DNA of 64,000 nt from a virus (lineage: Duplodnaviria > Caudoviricetes), in IMG/VR virus record IMGVR_UViG_3300044675_007236. One strand, written 5' to 3'. The notes under the pieces are model-generated. The model was not told the DNA's origin. It was given only the letters and a program-made list of their open reading frames with translations, and did not search any database. The translations under genes and the position numbers were made by a program. This document shows positions 53,246 through 63,500 of this stretch, piece after piece; position 1 is the first letter of the stretch; each line of letters begins with the position of its first letter.

Positions 53246-54155
53246 TTAACTTTTGACCTGGCTTCAATTTAACTTTTATCGTGTCCTTGGTTTGGCTTAC
53301 GTTAGACACTAACTTTGCCGGGTTTTGGTTTAAACCGTAAAGCTTTTGGATTCTAGGAATGTCGTCAACTGGCTGCGGGGTAGCCACAAACGGGTTGTAG
53401 TAAGGAGCCATCAACGCTTGCTTTTTGTCGGAATGTGCCAACCCCAACAAGTGACCAAACTCATGACACGCTACGTTTGATAACAGTATACCTCGTTCTC
53501 CTTTGTTCGCCACCCACGTTTCGTCTAAATCAAATCGCATCAAAAGCTTTTCGTTTTTGCCTCTAGGCATGTAAGCCCAGGCCAAGGTGCCGCCTTTACC
53601 GTCGAATTGATGCGTGACACCTTTACCTGTAGTGATAACGATATCGGCAAGTTTAGCATCTTTAGCCTCAGTGATGTTTAAACCGCAAGCATCATCCCAA
53701 GCCTTAAAAGCTTCTTGGAAAATACGTTTTTGTTCAGTTTTTGAAACTTTGCCTGTCACGTAATTGGCAATAGTATACGTAAGTCCAGTTTTGTTCCACC
53801 TGTCACGTTTTTCAGCTACAACCTCAGCTGCGCGTAAAAATTCAACGTGTTTCTCGTTAGACTTGTCCAATTTGTCAGGGCACCCGCATCTAGGCGTATG
53901 CATAGCCTTAAGCGTCTCCTCGGTCAGCACGCCGTCAGCTTTTATGCCGAAATAACGTTGAAAAAGCTTAATTCCAGCGTGAATGTCGTCTACGCTTATA
54001 TTTTTCAGCAGTTCAACGGTCAAGTAGCCAAAAAACACAAGATAGTCAGTGGCAAACGTGATTGCTTGCGGTGTTTGCTTGTTTTTCGTTGCAGCTAGGT
54101 TGGATTTTGCAAGAATACGTACAACTTCGGCTTTACCACTTGTTTTCTTTGGCAT
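53232..54155 (-). CDS. Matrixin (M10) zinc metallopeptidase with pro-domain and cysteine switch
   Basis: FQRYFGI..DG.L...T..AM (PG-binding-like pro-domain), PRCGCPD, HEFGHLLGLAHS, Met-turn ALMAP. Confidence 0.9.
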   Translation of the reverse strand: MPKKTSGKAEVVRILAKSNLAATKNKQTPQAITFATDYLVFFGYLTVELLKNISVDDIHAGIKLFQRYFGIKADGVLTEETLKAMHTPRCGCPDKLDKSNEKHVEFLRAAEVVAEKRDRWNKTGLTYTIANYVTGKVSKTEQKRIFQEAFKAWDDACGLNITEAKDAKLADIVITTGKGVTHQFDGKGGTLAWAYMPRGKNEKLLMRFDLDETWVANKGERGILLSNVACHEFGHLLGLAHSDKKQALMAPYYNPFVATPQPVDDIPRIQKLYGLNQNPAKLVSNVSQTKDTIKVKLKPGQKLIVTN

Positions 54156-55823
54156 TTAGGTTGCAACCGGTATGGAAGAAACAATGTTCAGATTCACGTT
54201 TGACGTTTCGGCGAAAAACTGAACTGTCTTAGAAGTTACCATTTTTTCAGGTAGTTCTGGAATTAGCAAGGCGTCATCACTTCTGACGTACTTAATTGTA
54301 CCGTCCGGCATGCGAATTCGACCTAGGATATCAAGTTCAGTTACGTTTAGTCTGCCCTGCAAGAAATTATGAACTGTATCGACAATCGCCGAACCAGGTA
54401 AAACACCTTGGAAATCTATCGCGTTAATTTCATCAATAATCGCTGCACGAATAGGATCTAGCAAGGGGGCTACGTCGTCCGCAGCTTTGTTTATAGTGAG
54501 CGTGACGCTGACAAAACAAGGAACAGGTGCTTTAATCAGAGCGTCAGCTCCGTAATGTCTGATGTCCCGGCTAGAAACTAAATCCTGCAGTTCTTTGATG
54601 TAAGGTACACCGGTTATCTCGTAAATGTAATCGGCAGCCTGGCCTACAGCCAAGTCTGCAACGGGAGTAACCGTGTCTTCGAATCGGACTATAGCGTTTT
54701 GAAAAGCCGTATAAGCCCCTTCTTCAACTGTGGCGATGTCTGGAAGAAAACCAGCTCCGGTTAAATCGATAGACCGAGTATCGGAAACAATGTTAAAACC
54801 TGACACAACAAAAGCAGCATCAGATCTACGAATCTTGTCTATCTCATAAAAACCAGGTAACACTGAAGCGGGTACAGTAAACTGCCACTGGCTTGTACCT
54901 GTAACCGTTGACACGCTAATGCAAGTAGCTGACGCGACAGCCGTTTTCCTTTGTATTGCAGACTGCCCTCTGATATACCAATCAACCCTACCGCCAGTAA
55001 GCGTCGGAAAAATTGTGTGCTTATCTCGCAGCATTTCCGGGTCACCACAACCAACTATAGACTGGTTTGTAATCGAAGCAAATTGCGGCAAGCTCCGAAG
55101 GTAGGCCCGCATGTTTGTTCGGTTAGATAAAGCTTTTGCTGAAATACCCAGCTGCAATTCGTTCAGCAGTTCTTCGTTTGTTTCGGTATTCGTTCCGTCT
55201 TCAAACGAAGAAGTCGCGTAGCTTGTCGCGTAATTGACAATTGACCGATTAGGTACAATCAGGTCGCCTGCGTTGAGTTTGCGGTCAGCACCAATATCCG
55301 CGGCTTCTACTTCAATCGTAAAAGCGTAATTACCGTTGCTAAGCGGTGTTAGCAGTCGGTCGTTTTCGCTTAAAATCTGAGCAGATGCAATACGGCCTAC
55401 AAATGTTGCTGTTGTTAGATATTGAAAACCATTGGCTTCGAAAATACTGTTTTGAGGTATAGTGAGCGGTCTTAGTTCTGAGAGCTCTATGGTAACCGGG
55501 CCAACAGCTTTTGTTCCGGGCTTACGTACAATACCCCAGTTAGAAAGCACCTCGCTGACGACTGTATCATCGGCCAACGTTGGATCTTCCTGAATTTTTT
55601 GAAGGCTTCTGGCGGACTGATAGCGTTCTAAATTGGCACGAATAGCCGCGTCTAATACAGCGTGATAGTAAGCCAATGTATCTTTGAAAACGCCACGACG
55701 TAAATCCAATGCCGGATTAAGCTCTTGTAGCTGCGAGACAAGCCTGTCAAGCGTCTGCTGAACATCTGCGGAGTCAAGTTGAGTGAGATCAGCTATTTCA
55801 AAGTCAGAGTAAGTTAAAGTCAT
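54156..55823 (-). CDS. Baseplate J-like (wedge) protein
   Basis: LDLRRG...WGIVRKPGTKAVG...DGTNTETNEEL...GGRVDWYI. Confidence 0.8.
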   Translation of the reverse strand: MTLTYSDFEIADLTQLDSADVQQTLDRLVSQLQELNPALDLRRGVFKDTLAYYHAVLDAAIRANLERYQSARSLQKIQEDPTLADDTVVSEVLSNWGIVRKPGTKAVGPVTIELSELRPLTIPQNSIFEANGFQYLTTATFVGRIASAQILSENDRLLTPLSNGNYAFTIEVEAADIGADRKLNAGDLIVPNRSIVNYATSYATSSFEDGTNTETNEELLNELQLGISAKALSNRTNMRAYLRSLPQFASITNQSIVGCGDPEMLRDKHTIFPTLTGGRVDWYIRGQSAIQRKTAVASATCISVSTVTGTSQWQFTVPASVLPGFYEIDKIRRSDAAFVVSGFNIVSDTRSIDLTGAGFLPDIATVEEGAYTAFQNAIVRFEDTVTPVADLAVGQAADYIYEITGVPYIKELQDLVSSRDIRHYGADALIKAPVPCFVSVTLTINKAADDVAPLLDPIRAAIIDEINAIDFQGVLPGSAIVDTVHNFLQGRLNVTELDILGRIRMPDGTIKYVRSDDALLIPELPEKMVTSKTVQFFAETSNVNLNIVSSIPVAT

Positions 55824-55825
55824 GG

Positions 55826-56311
55826 TTATACTGCTGGTATCCGTAATGGGAATAAAACTTCGCGGGATTCACCGGCTACGCTGTTTAGCTGTATCCTAAG
55901 GTTAACGGTATCACCTATGAAAGATGCCTCTAGCAATTCAGACGAATCATATCTTTCGTCAGCCGGAAAAGACGGGTCATCTTCCAGCCGTAAATTAGTG
56001 CGTAAATCAAGCTCGCTGGAAGCGAAAATTTGAAACAAATCAGCGGATGTTCTAGCTATACCGTGCCTAAGCTGTGTCATGAAAAAGGTGCCACGGTTTA
56101 TGTCGTAGACCAAAGAACCTTTTTCCGTAAGAAGTTCTAGTAGGAATCTCTGGGCTAGTTTAGCTGGTCCTGCAATGAGCGCTCCGCTTAAGCCTTCCTG
56201 CACCAAGGCAGGAACAACCTGTGTGTCACCGGCAGGCTGAGCTCCGTCGTATAACAGAAAATCAACAAGTTTTCCTTTATACTGTTGGATACTACTTGAA
56301 AAGTATTTCAT
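55826..56311 (-). CDS. Baseplate wedge protein, gp25-like
   Basis: KLAQRFLLELLTEKGS...GT.F motif immediately upstream of baseplate J. Confidence 0.65.
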   Translation of the reverse strand: MKYFSSSIQQYKGKLVDFLLYDGAQPAGDTQVVPALVQEGLSGALIAGPAKLAQRFLLELLTEKGSLVYDINRGTFFMTQLRHGIARTSADLFQIFASSELDLRTNLRLEDDPSFPADERYDSSELLEASFIGDTVNLRIQLNSVAGESREVLFPLRIPAV

Positions 56312-56772
56312 ACAGCACCTCCGTCGCCGGTTGAACCTTGAGCAATCAGTTCTGTAAAGTATCTAATAGGCAATCCCGCAATAACGCCGTTGTCGCTGCC
56401 GTGACCCAGCTCTCGCCCGGCTAAATGTGCGACAGCTCGCGGAAACGTTTGAAATCTAGCGCGATAAGCACGTTCGAGTTGTTGCATGTAATCGATTTGC
56501 GACGGTAGCACAATGAGGTCGGATGAATTACCTATACTCCCGGCTGTCGCCGCTTTTATAAGCGCATCTTCAGCCTTGTCAGAATTAAACAGCTTATGAA
56601 TGTTCTTTAAACCTTCTTGCGTGGTGACGTCCACGTTAATGCTGCCTATCTCTGGTCGCAGCCATTTTATGGGTTTGTTTTGTCGACGAGCCGTAGCTGC
56701 CTGCTTTTTTAGTTGTGCTAATCTAACCAAAACCTTGCTTAGATTAGGGTCTATGAGACTTTGCTGTGGCAT
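56308..56772 (-). CDS. Hypothetical protein
   Basis: 154-aa ORF. Confidence 0.6.
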   Translation of the reverse strand: MPQQSLIDPNLSKVLVRLAQLKKQAATARRQNKPIKWLRPEIGSINVDVTTQEGLKNIHKLFNSDKAEDALIKAATAGSIGNSSDLIVLPSQIDYMQQLERAYRARFQTFPRAVAHLAGRELGHGSDNGVIAGLPIRYFTELIAQGSTGDGGAV

Positions 56773-56773
56773 A

Positions 56774-57514
56774 CTATTGCGATATAAAAGGTGATAGGGC
56801 TTGTTCTTGATCTAGCAACTTTTGTATTTTCATTTTACGTTGAGTTATTGCCGCCGGAGTCCTATTCAGTGCTTTTGCGATGTCCAAGTTAGACATTTTT
56901 CGACGGTTATTCATACCCAGCGTCATTTCTAGAATTTGCTGGTCCGTAGGCTCCAGGTCTTGATACACAATTTGTAACCATAGATCCTCAGCTCCCGTGT
57001 CACCAGGAAGCCTACCCGCTATACCGCCAGAGTTGGGGTCAAGGCTCTCGGCCTGACCTGTACTGAAACCCGGCTGATACTTCCGAATCTTAGCAATTCT
57101 AGGGATAGATATTCGCATAAAGTCTGACAATTCTGCATCTGTGGGTTCTCGACCTATTTCGTCAGCAAGTTCTTGTGTTGCCGCTCTTAGCTTCTGACTC
57201 TCGAGTATCACCCGTTCAGGTGCGTTGATGACCTGCCCTTGCTGTCTGGATATTCGTCGCAAACCTTGCATATTAGTTACGATATGCGATCGAAGTCTGG
57301 ACCGCTTTGGATCGTACTTATTGGCAGCTTCCAAAGCCAGAAGCCGAGCCCTGCTGCGTAAAAGCGGGCTGTCGTTACCGTAAGCCTGCAAACCCTGGTT
57401 AATCACCGGGTCTATAGTCTTCAGAAAAGCTGCGTTGCCCTCCGGTGTTTTATTTGCTTGCCAGGTTTCATAAGCTGGCCGAAACTCATCTTCTAAATAA
57501 TCGGTTGGCATCAC
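56774..57514 (-). CDS. Sigma-70-family RNA polymerase sigma factor
   Basis: Region 2 AANKYDPKRSRLRSHI; region 3 LGREPT-like IGREPTDAELS; region 4 HTH MSNLDIAKALNRTPAAITQ. Confidence 0.8.
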   Translation of the reverse strand: MMPTDYLEDEFRPAYETWQANKTPEGNAAFLKTIDPVINQGLQAYGNDSPLLRSRARLLALEAANKYDPKRSRLRSHIVTNMQGLRRISRQQGQVINAPERVILESQKLRAATQELADEIGREPTDAELSDFMRISIPRIAKIRKYQPGFSTGQAESLDPNSGGIAGRLPGDTGAEDLWLQIVYQDLEPTDQQILEMTLGMNNRRKMSNLDIAKALNRTPAAITQRKMKIQKLLDQEQALSPFISQ

Positions 57515-57526
57515 GATAGTTTACTT

Positions 57527-59239
57527 CTACTTGTTTAAGGCTTTACGTTCGACTTCGGTAAGCGATTCAAAACCAGGGATAAGCGGAGCGTAATTAAAGT
57601 ATTTTACACCATAAAAAGGGTGCGAAGACATCGAAAAGCGAGATAGTTTGTTTTCTTCGTCTGTTCGTAAGTTAGTTAAATTAAACGATGTTGTCGCACT
57701 TGCTTCTTGTGCGTTTATAGTGACGGTAACGCGATTTACAAAACCGTAAATGTCTGTGGCGAAATCGTCTATACCTGCAGTTTTAGTTGCAGTATCGGCT
57801 TTAATGATAACTGTGCTACCCGGAGCAATGTCAAAACGAAGCTTGCCTGTTATTGTTCCGCCGCGATCCTGTAACGCGTTTGCAGCGTAAATCATTTGAG
57901 CGTATTTGTTAGAAGCATCATTCCAGTTTACAACGTTATCTTCCGCTTTTTCGTCAACTGCTCGATTATTACTACCTACCGCCGTATTTACTACCTGTGT
58001 AAGAAGTTTGTTTACACTTCCGTTACCGTTTACAGCCTTGATATCAAGTATTTCCGTAGCCGACAGCCAGTCTGGAGCAGGGACGAATAACCACATACCA
58101 TCGACTACACCGTCTAAGCTTGCTGTGTAAGTACCGGCAACGCACTGTTTTTCGTTGATAGGTAGTGTACCCATGTGTTGCTCATGCATAACGCCTACGC
58201 CGAAAAGAGGTCGCTGCGATCGAACTGAAAGGTTGATATCAGCAGTGTCTGATGTCCAAATAACGGCCCCGGCTTCTCTTGACATATCAAAAGCAGGTAC
58301 AAGCAACGCCGAATTAGTTTGCGGAACTACAGCTAAGCCTATGTCGGTTATGAGCGATCCAATAAGCGCATGCCACATGCTTGTACCAGCAAAAGATGCG
58401 TTTAGACGGCCACCAATGCTTTTCGCTAAGGCTGTTTTAGAGTCTAAGTCGACCTCAAAAGGATAGTCTCGAATGTACGCCGGTTTAGCCGCGGCTAAGT
58501 TCGAAAAACCCTTCCACTCCAGCACACCGTTTAAAGCCTGCAGAGCTCGAGTATTTGCAAGCAAATTATCAACTAGTTGCGGTGGCGGCGAGCTGTCGCA
58601 CCAGGCCGACGAGGCCTGTAACAAATTGTCTGACGATATTTTTGTTAGTACGTCGAGCAACGCTTTGGACATGTCAAGAGTCATTGCAACCGGCAGACCG
58701 CTAATGTATCGGCTAGCTGCATCCATGTGGGTCTTACCTCCAGCACCTTCGTGCAAGATAGGAAGCATGAGATCGTGCGGCGCACCTGGTACCACATCTC
58801 GACTACCGCAGGAAGACAAAGCTAAATCGATCAAGGTGTTTGCAAAACTGAGCATCAAAGAAATGCTGCCGTTGTTTCTTCGATAAGAAACGCCGCTGAC
58901 ATAGCCGGTAAAAAGGATATGTTCACCAGCTGGAAATTGTTGTTTGGCTGAGCCTAAACCGCCAGTCGACCAGTCGCCTAAGGCACCTACTAGCTTAACA
59001 ACCACAGGTTCCATTTGCTTCAGTTCTTTAGCAACCTCGTAGACCGCAGACGGTTTACCAGTTCGTGCATCTCTACCTAACGGTACAGCAGCAGTTGCCG
59101 TTGGAATAGAGTTTAGAGCGTAATTCATTGAAAAAGTAGCTAAGGGTAATTGAACGCCCGCGACTTCTGCTACGACTTTTCCGCCGCCGCTTTTACCGGA
59201 TAAATCAACGACTGCGAACGTATTGGCTTTACCGCCCAT
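57527..59239 (-). CDS. Putative baseplate hub protein
   Basis: N-terminal YALNSIPTAT; LFTGYV; C-terminal GKLRFDIAPGSTV...GFVNRVTVTI as in gp27/GpD-like hubs. Confidence 0.55.
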   Translation of the reverse strand: MGGKANTFAVVDLSGKSGGGKVVAEVAGVQLPLATFSMNYALNSIPTATAAVPLGRDARTGKPSAVYEVAKELKQMEPVVVKLVGALGDWSTGGLGSAKQQFPAGEHILFTGYVSGVSYRRNNGSISLMLSFANTLIDLALSSCGSRDVVPGAPHDLMLPILHEGAGGKTHMDAASRYISGLPVAMTLDMSKALLDVLTKISSDNLLQASSAWCDSSPPPQLVDNLLANTRALQALNGVLEWKGFSNLAAAKPAYIRDYPFEVDLDSKTALAKSIGGRLNASFAGTSMWHALIGSLITDIGLAVVPQTNSALLVPAFDMSREAGAVIWTSDTADINLSVRSQRPLFGVGVMHEQHMGTLPINEKQCVAGTYTASLDGVVDGMWLFVPAPDWLSATEILDIKAVNGNGSVNKLLTQVVNTAVGSNNRAVDEKAEDNVVNWNDASNKYAQMIYAANALQDRGGTITGKLRFDIAPGSTVIIKADTATKTAGIDDFATDIYGFVNRVTVTINAQEASATTSFNLTNLRTDEENKLSRFSMSSHPFYGVKYFNYAPLIPGFESLTEVERKALNK

Positions 59240-60020
59240 TGCGAGTGTCCTCTGTGCGGTAAATATAGGCCATGACTATTCCACCTAGCCGATAAGCGAA
59301 CTCGGGATGATCTTTCCAACAATTGTAAAACGTCAAATAAGGTTCTGCAGGTGCAACGCCAAAAAGCTGAAGGACGTTATCCTGACCTATACTTCTAAGG
59401 GACGCATCTAGCGTGTGTAAGGCCTGACTAGGTCTGTAGTAGCCTTGAATACGCCAGCTTGAACCTTCGGACAACTCGTTTACTTTGATCGCATAATCCG
59501 AATACGGCAAACTTACTTCTTGACTAAGACCGTTGATAAATGTTAGTTCAGTAGTCGTATTAGCTTCAGGCATGATTGTTCTTTGTACAACCAAATCTCC
59601 ACCAGTCACTGAAACCAGGTAGGAATATTCACATCTTCCCGAAGCATCCGGTTCTATGTCTTTTCCGTTTAGATAGAGTTCAGAGCCAGAGTTTACTTTC
59701 CGCGGACTAATAGCTGGACGAAACAAATTATCAGCTATAAGCTGTCGGCTAAAAGCCTGATAAGTAATTCTTGAGTCAAGGGCTTCCACGTAAGACTGCA
59801 ATTCGGTGGCTCCCACAAGCCTTAAAAGTTGGCTGCTTCTGTAGTTGAGCATCATGCGGTCAGGACTAACACCAAAAAGCCTAGCTCTAACAATCTGCAA
59901 GTAAGTTGGCAACACCACAGGCTTGAAATCTTCCGGGATTAGCTCGTCGCCAGGATAAACTAACTGAGAGCCGCCCACGCCGGATTGGTTAAGAAGTAAA
60001 GTTCTTGCGTGATTATGCAT
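59229..60020 (-). CDS. Tail or baseplate-associated protein
   Basis: 263-aa ORF in the tail module. Confidence 0.5.
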   Translation of the reverse strand: MHNHARTLLLNQSGVGGSQLVYPGDELIPEDFKPVVLPTYLQIVRARLFGVSPDRMMLNYRSSQLLRLVGATELQSYVEALDSRITYQAFSRQLIADNLFRPAISPRKVNSGSELYLNGKDIEPDASGRCEYSYLVSVTGGDLVVQRTIMPEANTTTELTFINGLSQEVSLPYSDYAIKVNELSEGSSWRIQGYYRPSQALHTLDASLRSIGQDNVLQLFGVAPAEPYLTFYNCWKDHPEFAYRLGGIVMAYIYRTEDTRNGR

Positions 60021-60535
60021 TAGAAAACCGAATCGGGTAAAAGAGATATTGTCAGTTGAAAGTTGACTGTTCTATGCACTGGATCTTGTACACTACCTGA
60101 CAGCGATGTTATAAAACCGGCAAAAGCTTTACTTCGACCTATCGTTACAAAAACAGGGTCTTTACGCGCCGATATTCTGTTTTTCTCGTACCAGTTGATC
60201 ATTTCTTCGATACCGTGTTTAAAGTTGCGAAGACCAGGATTGAGCTGCGCGACTGTACCTCCGCTAATAGCACACTTGTCAGCAAAGCTGATACCATCTA
60301 TAACAACTTGACCCATGCGGTCGCCAAATACGTACATGTAAACGTCGTTAGCTATCGTATGCAGAAACTGGAAGTTACCACCAGCAGAAACACCTACACG
60401 TGTAAAAATACTGTTGTGCACCTGATAATTAACTCGAGTATTACCTACAAGCGATACCAGTGATAGTGAGCCAGCCGCCACAGCGTCATTGATTGCAGCA
60501 ACTCTTCCAGTGTTTTGTGCGAATATTAACGGCAT
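60020..60535 (-). CDS. Putative tail tube-initiator or baseplate protein
   Basis: Directly after the tape measure; NFQFLHT...YVFGDR. Confidence 0.5.
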   Translation of the reverse strand: MPLIFAQNTGRVAAINDAVAAGSLSLVSLVGNTRVNYQVHNSIFTRVGVSAGGNFQFLHTIANDVYMYVFGDRMGQVVIDGISFADKCAISGGTVAQLNPGLRNFKHGIEEMINWYEKNRISARKDPVFVTIGRSKAFAGFITSLSGSVQDPVHRTVNFQLTISLLPDSVF

Positions 60536-63500
60536 CTAGTTGACTCCCAGTGCACCGGTTGTGCTTTGAAATGTTCCGTTGCCGTTTACGACATCTCCAA
60601 CAATTTTTAAAACGCCGTCAATGGATACTGTCGATGTACTTTCACTAGCAGTTTCTGTGGCTATATCTCGGCTAGCAACAGCTGACATTTCTTTCGCCAG
60701 TTTGTCCGTAGTGTACGGATCCGTGCTTTCGGCCATTCCCAGAAATTCAGTTTGACGCATAGACTGTTCTAGATCGCCCACCGACATGTTGTATTCTTTA
60801 GCCAGAGCTTTCATCTTTTCTTTGTCGCCTTTAGCTGCGTTGTACTTATCGGTAAGTATATCAAGCTTTTCAATACCGCCTGTGCCGCCAACAGTTTTGT
60901 TTTTGTCTAGCCGTTTAAGAATACCGGAAAGCATTTTTTGATTAGCTGCCGACGTAGACTCGTCGCTTTTGTCTTTTAATTGCAGCTTATCTGCCAATGC
61001 CTTTCTTGATTCTGATGTATCTAGCCCGAAAGCATCGGCCAAAGTGTTTAGCTCAGCTGTAGCTAATACTTTGGCTTGTTCTTCAGCTTCCCTGGCTCTT
61101 GCTTCTTTTTCCAACACAACAGCTTCGTCGACTTTTTCTCTGGCTTCTTCCTCGCTCAAGCCCTTACCTCTTAATGTTTCCATACTAGTTCTGTAACCAG
61201 ACGCTCTATTTTCAAGTAGTCCAATCGCACCTTGGTTTGCTAGTTGCTTCTGATATTCAGTTTCGTCTTCAACATTGCCAGGCGTCAGACCCATGGCTCG
61301 CATGCCTGCATTTCTGTCCTGCATTGCCAAGTTGCGTTTAGCCTTTATCGCGGCAACTGAAGACTCGGCTCGACGTCTTACTTCCGGATCTTTAGACTGT
61401 AAGTCCGCGTTAAAACTAGATAGCTCGCGGTCTGTAGAAGAAATAATCGCTTCGGCATTTCTAGTGTTTTTAAGCACTTCCTTGTCGGAAATAGCTCTTA
61501 CCGACGATGGCATTTTACCTGACCTGACAGCATCAAGATACTGCTCAGGTGTCATACCGAGTTTTTTAGCTTCTTCAGAGTAATCGCCTAGTGTGAGTTT
61601 AGCCAGGTTCTGTGTTGCACCTAATCCGCTTGTTTCAATAGCGTTACCCGCAGCAGCAATCGCAGTGTCTAATTCCGTTTTTAGCTGCTGCGATCTTTCC
61701 TGTAGTCGTTGTCGTTCTTCAGGAGTTGTAGCTTCGGTAAATTGTGATTCAAGTTCCCTTGCTTGGTTGTACAACGACCTTACTCGCTCTAAAGGTCCGC
61801 CAATTGTCTGTTGTTCAGCGATGAACGTGTTTCCAAACAAATCTTGCAGTAAAGTATCCATGTTAACATCTTGGCCGCCTGCAGCTCGGTCTGCTTGCCG
61901 CATAATCGCAGAACCTATACGCCCTTGGATACCGCCAGCACCTTGCAACTTGGCCATGGAAGAGTTTGTCGCACTGCGAACAGCCGCAGCTTGCTGTGCG
62001 GCACCTCTGGCCTGAGAAACATGCTTACCATGTACCTGCGAGTAAGCGGTGAACGATTCAAATCCGTAATTTTGAATTGTCTGCTCCGCTTGCCCAAATT
62101 GGCCCGCAGCCATGGCACGTGCTTGCTCGTCAGACAAGTTAAGATTATACGTACCAGCTTCAGCTCTAATAGCTTCAGCCATCGCTCCGATACGTAGTTC
62201 CGGATTTTGCATTTCTGCTGGAGACAACGCGTTAAGTGCTCCAAGCCCGGCAGCACTAATTGATTTAGCTGCGGCAGCTCGCTGTGTGTTGTCTTGTATA
62301 CCTGTACGAAGTGCTGTCTCGCCTGCCAGCCTGAAACTCATAGTCTGGTTCAGTTTTTGGTTTATTTCTCTTCGCTGAAGCTGAAAAGCTGTGGCTTGCA
62401 TTTCCGGATTTTCTGACAACGCGCGGAAGTTTGAAGTTCTATCGTTTAACATCATGTTAAATGTATTAGCGTCACCTCCAGCTATACCGCCCTGGGCAGC
62501 AAGTGCTCTAAACTCAGTAAGCTTGGACGGCATCTGCATTGTCACACCGTTAAACGTGTAAGTCTCTTGACCGGCAGCTGCCGCAGCCATAATAGCTTGA
62601 AGCTGCCGCCCTGCGGAGTTGTTTGCAAAGCCACCGGCTTGCTGTACTCTGAGCAAAGCACCCATAGCCTGGGATGTTTCAGATCCTAGGCCGCGGCTGA
62701 ATAGACTCATTGTGCTTTGCTCAGCTTGCTGTCGATTAAGTGCACCGAATCCAGTTGCTCCGCCCGCTTGTGAGAATGCAATACCGCCAGCAATACCAGC
62801 TGACACAGTTGCAGGGTTAAAGTTCGCTGCGTGCGATCCCATGATTGACGTATTCATTGCATTAGCAGTCTGGCTCATCGCCATAATCTGGTCTATGCTT
62901 TTGCCCGACATCTGGCTCATAGCCTGCATATCTCTAACCATGTTTGCTAGGGATGCTGGATCAAACTTCTGCATCTGCCCGCCAGTTAAAGCTTTTAGAG
63001 CTCCAATAAGCTGCGGGACCGGTGCGTTTGGGTTACCGGCTTCGCCAAATACTTCTCGCATTGCCGAGATAGCTTCAACGTAGTCCTGCAACTGATTTGT
63101 AATTTGCTGTGCGTCTGCTTTAGTTAGTCGTTCCTGTATCGCGGAATCTTTACGTAGCTTTCCCAGTTGCTCGTTGCTTAGCTTATTAACGTCACCTGCA
63201 AGTAAACCTGAATTGATTCCGGTTCTAGCGGCTACTTCGTTCATATCGACGCCGGAACGTTGAGCGTTTAAAACGGCGTCTAAAGTACGATCTCGCAAGC
63301 TTGCAGTTGGTCCGGCTAAACCTTCTGAAGACAACGCACGATAGATTTGTCCTACGTCTCCAGCCCGCAATCCTTGCATTCTTGCGATGTTATCCTCAGC
63401 AAACATGTTACTAAAGACGTTTTTAATCATCGAGGTGTTTGCTTCAGCACCCATACCGTAACGACCCGTAGTAGGATCGATACGATAGCGGTTTGCTTCC

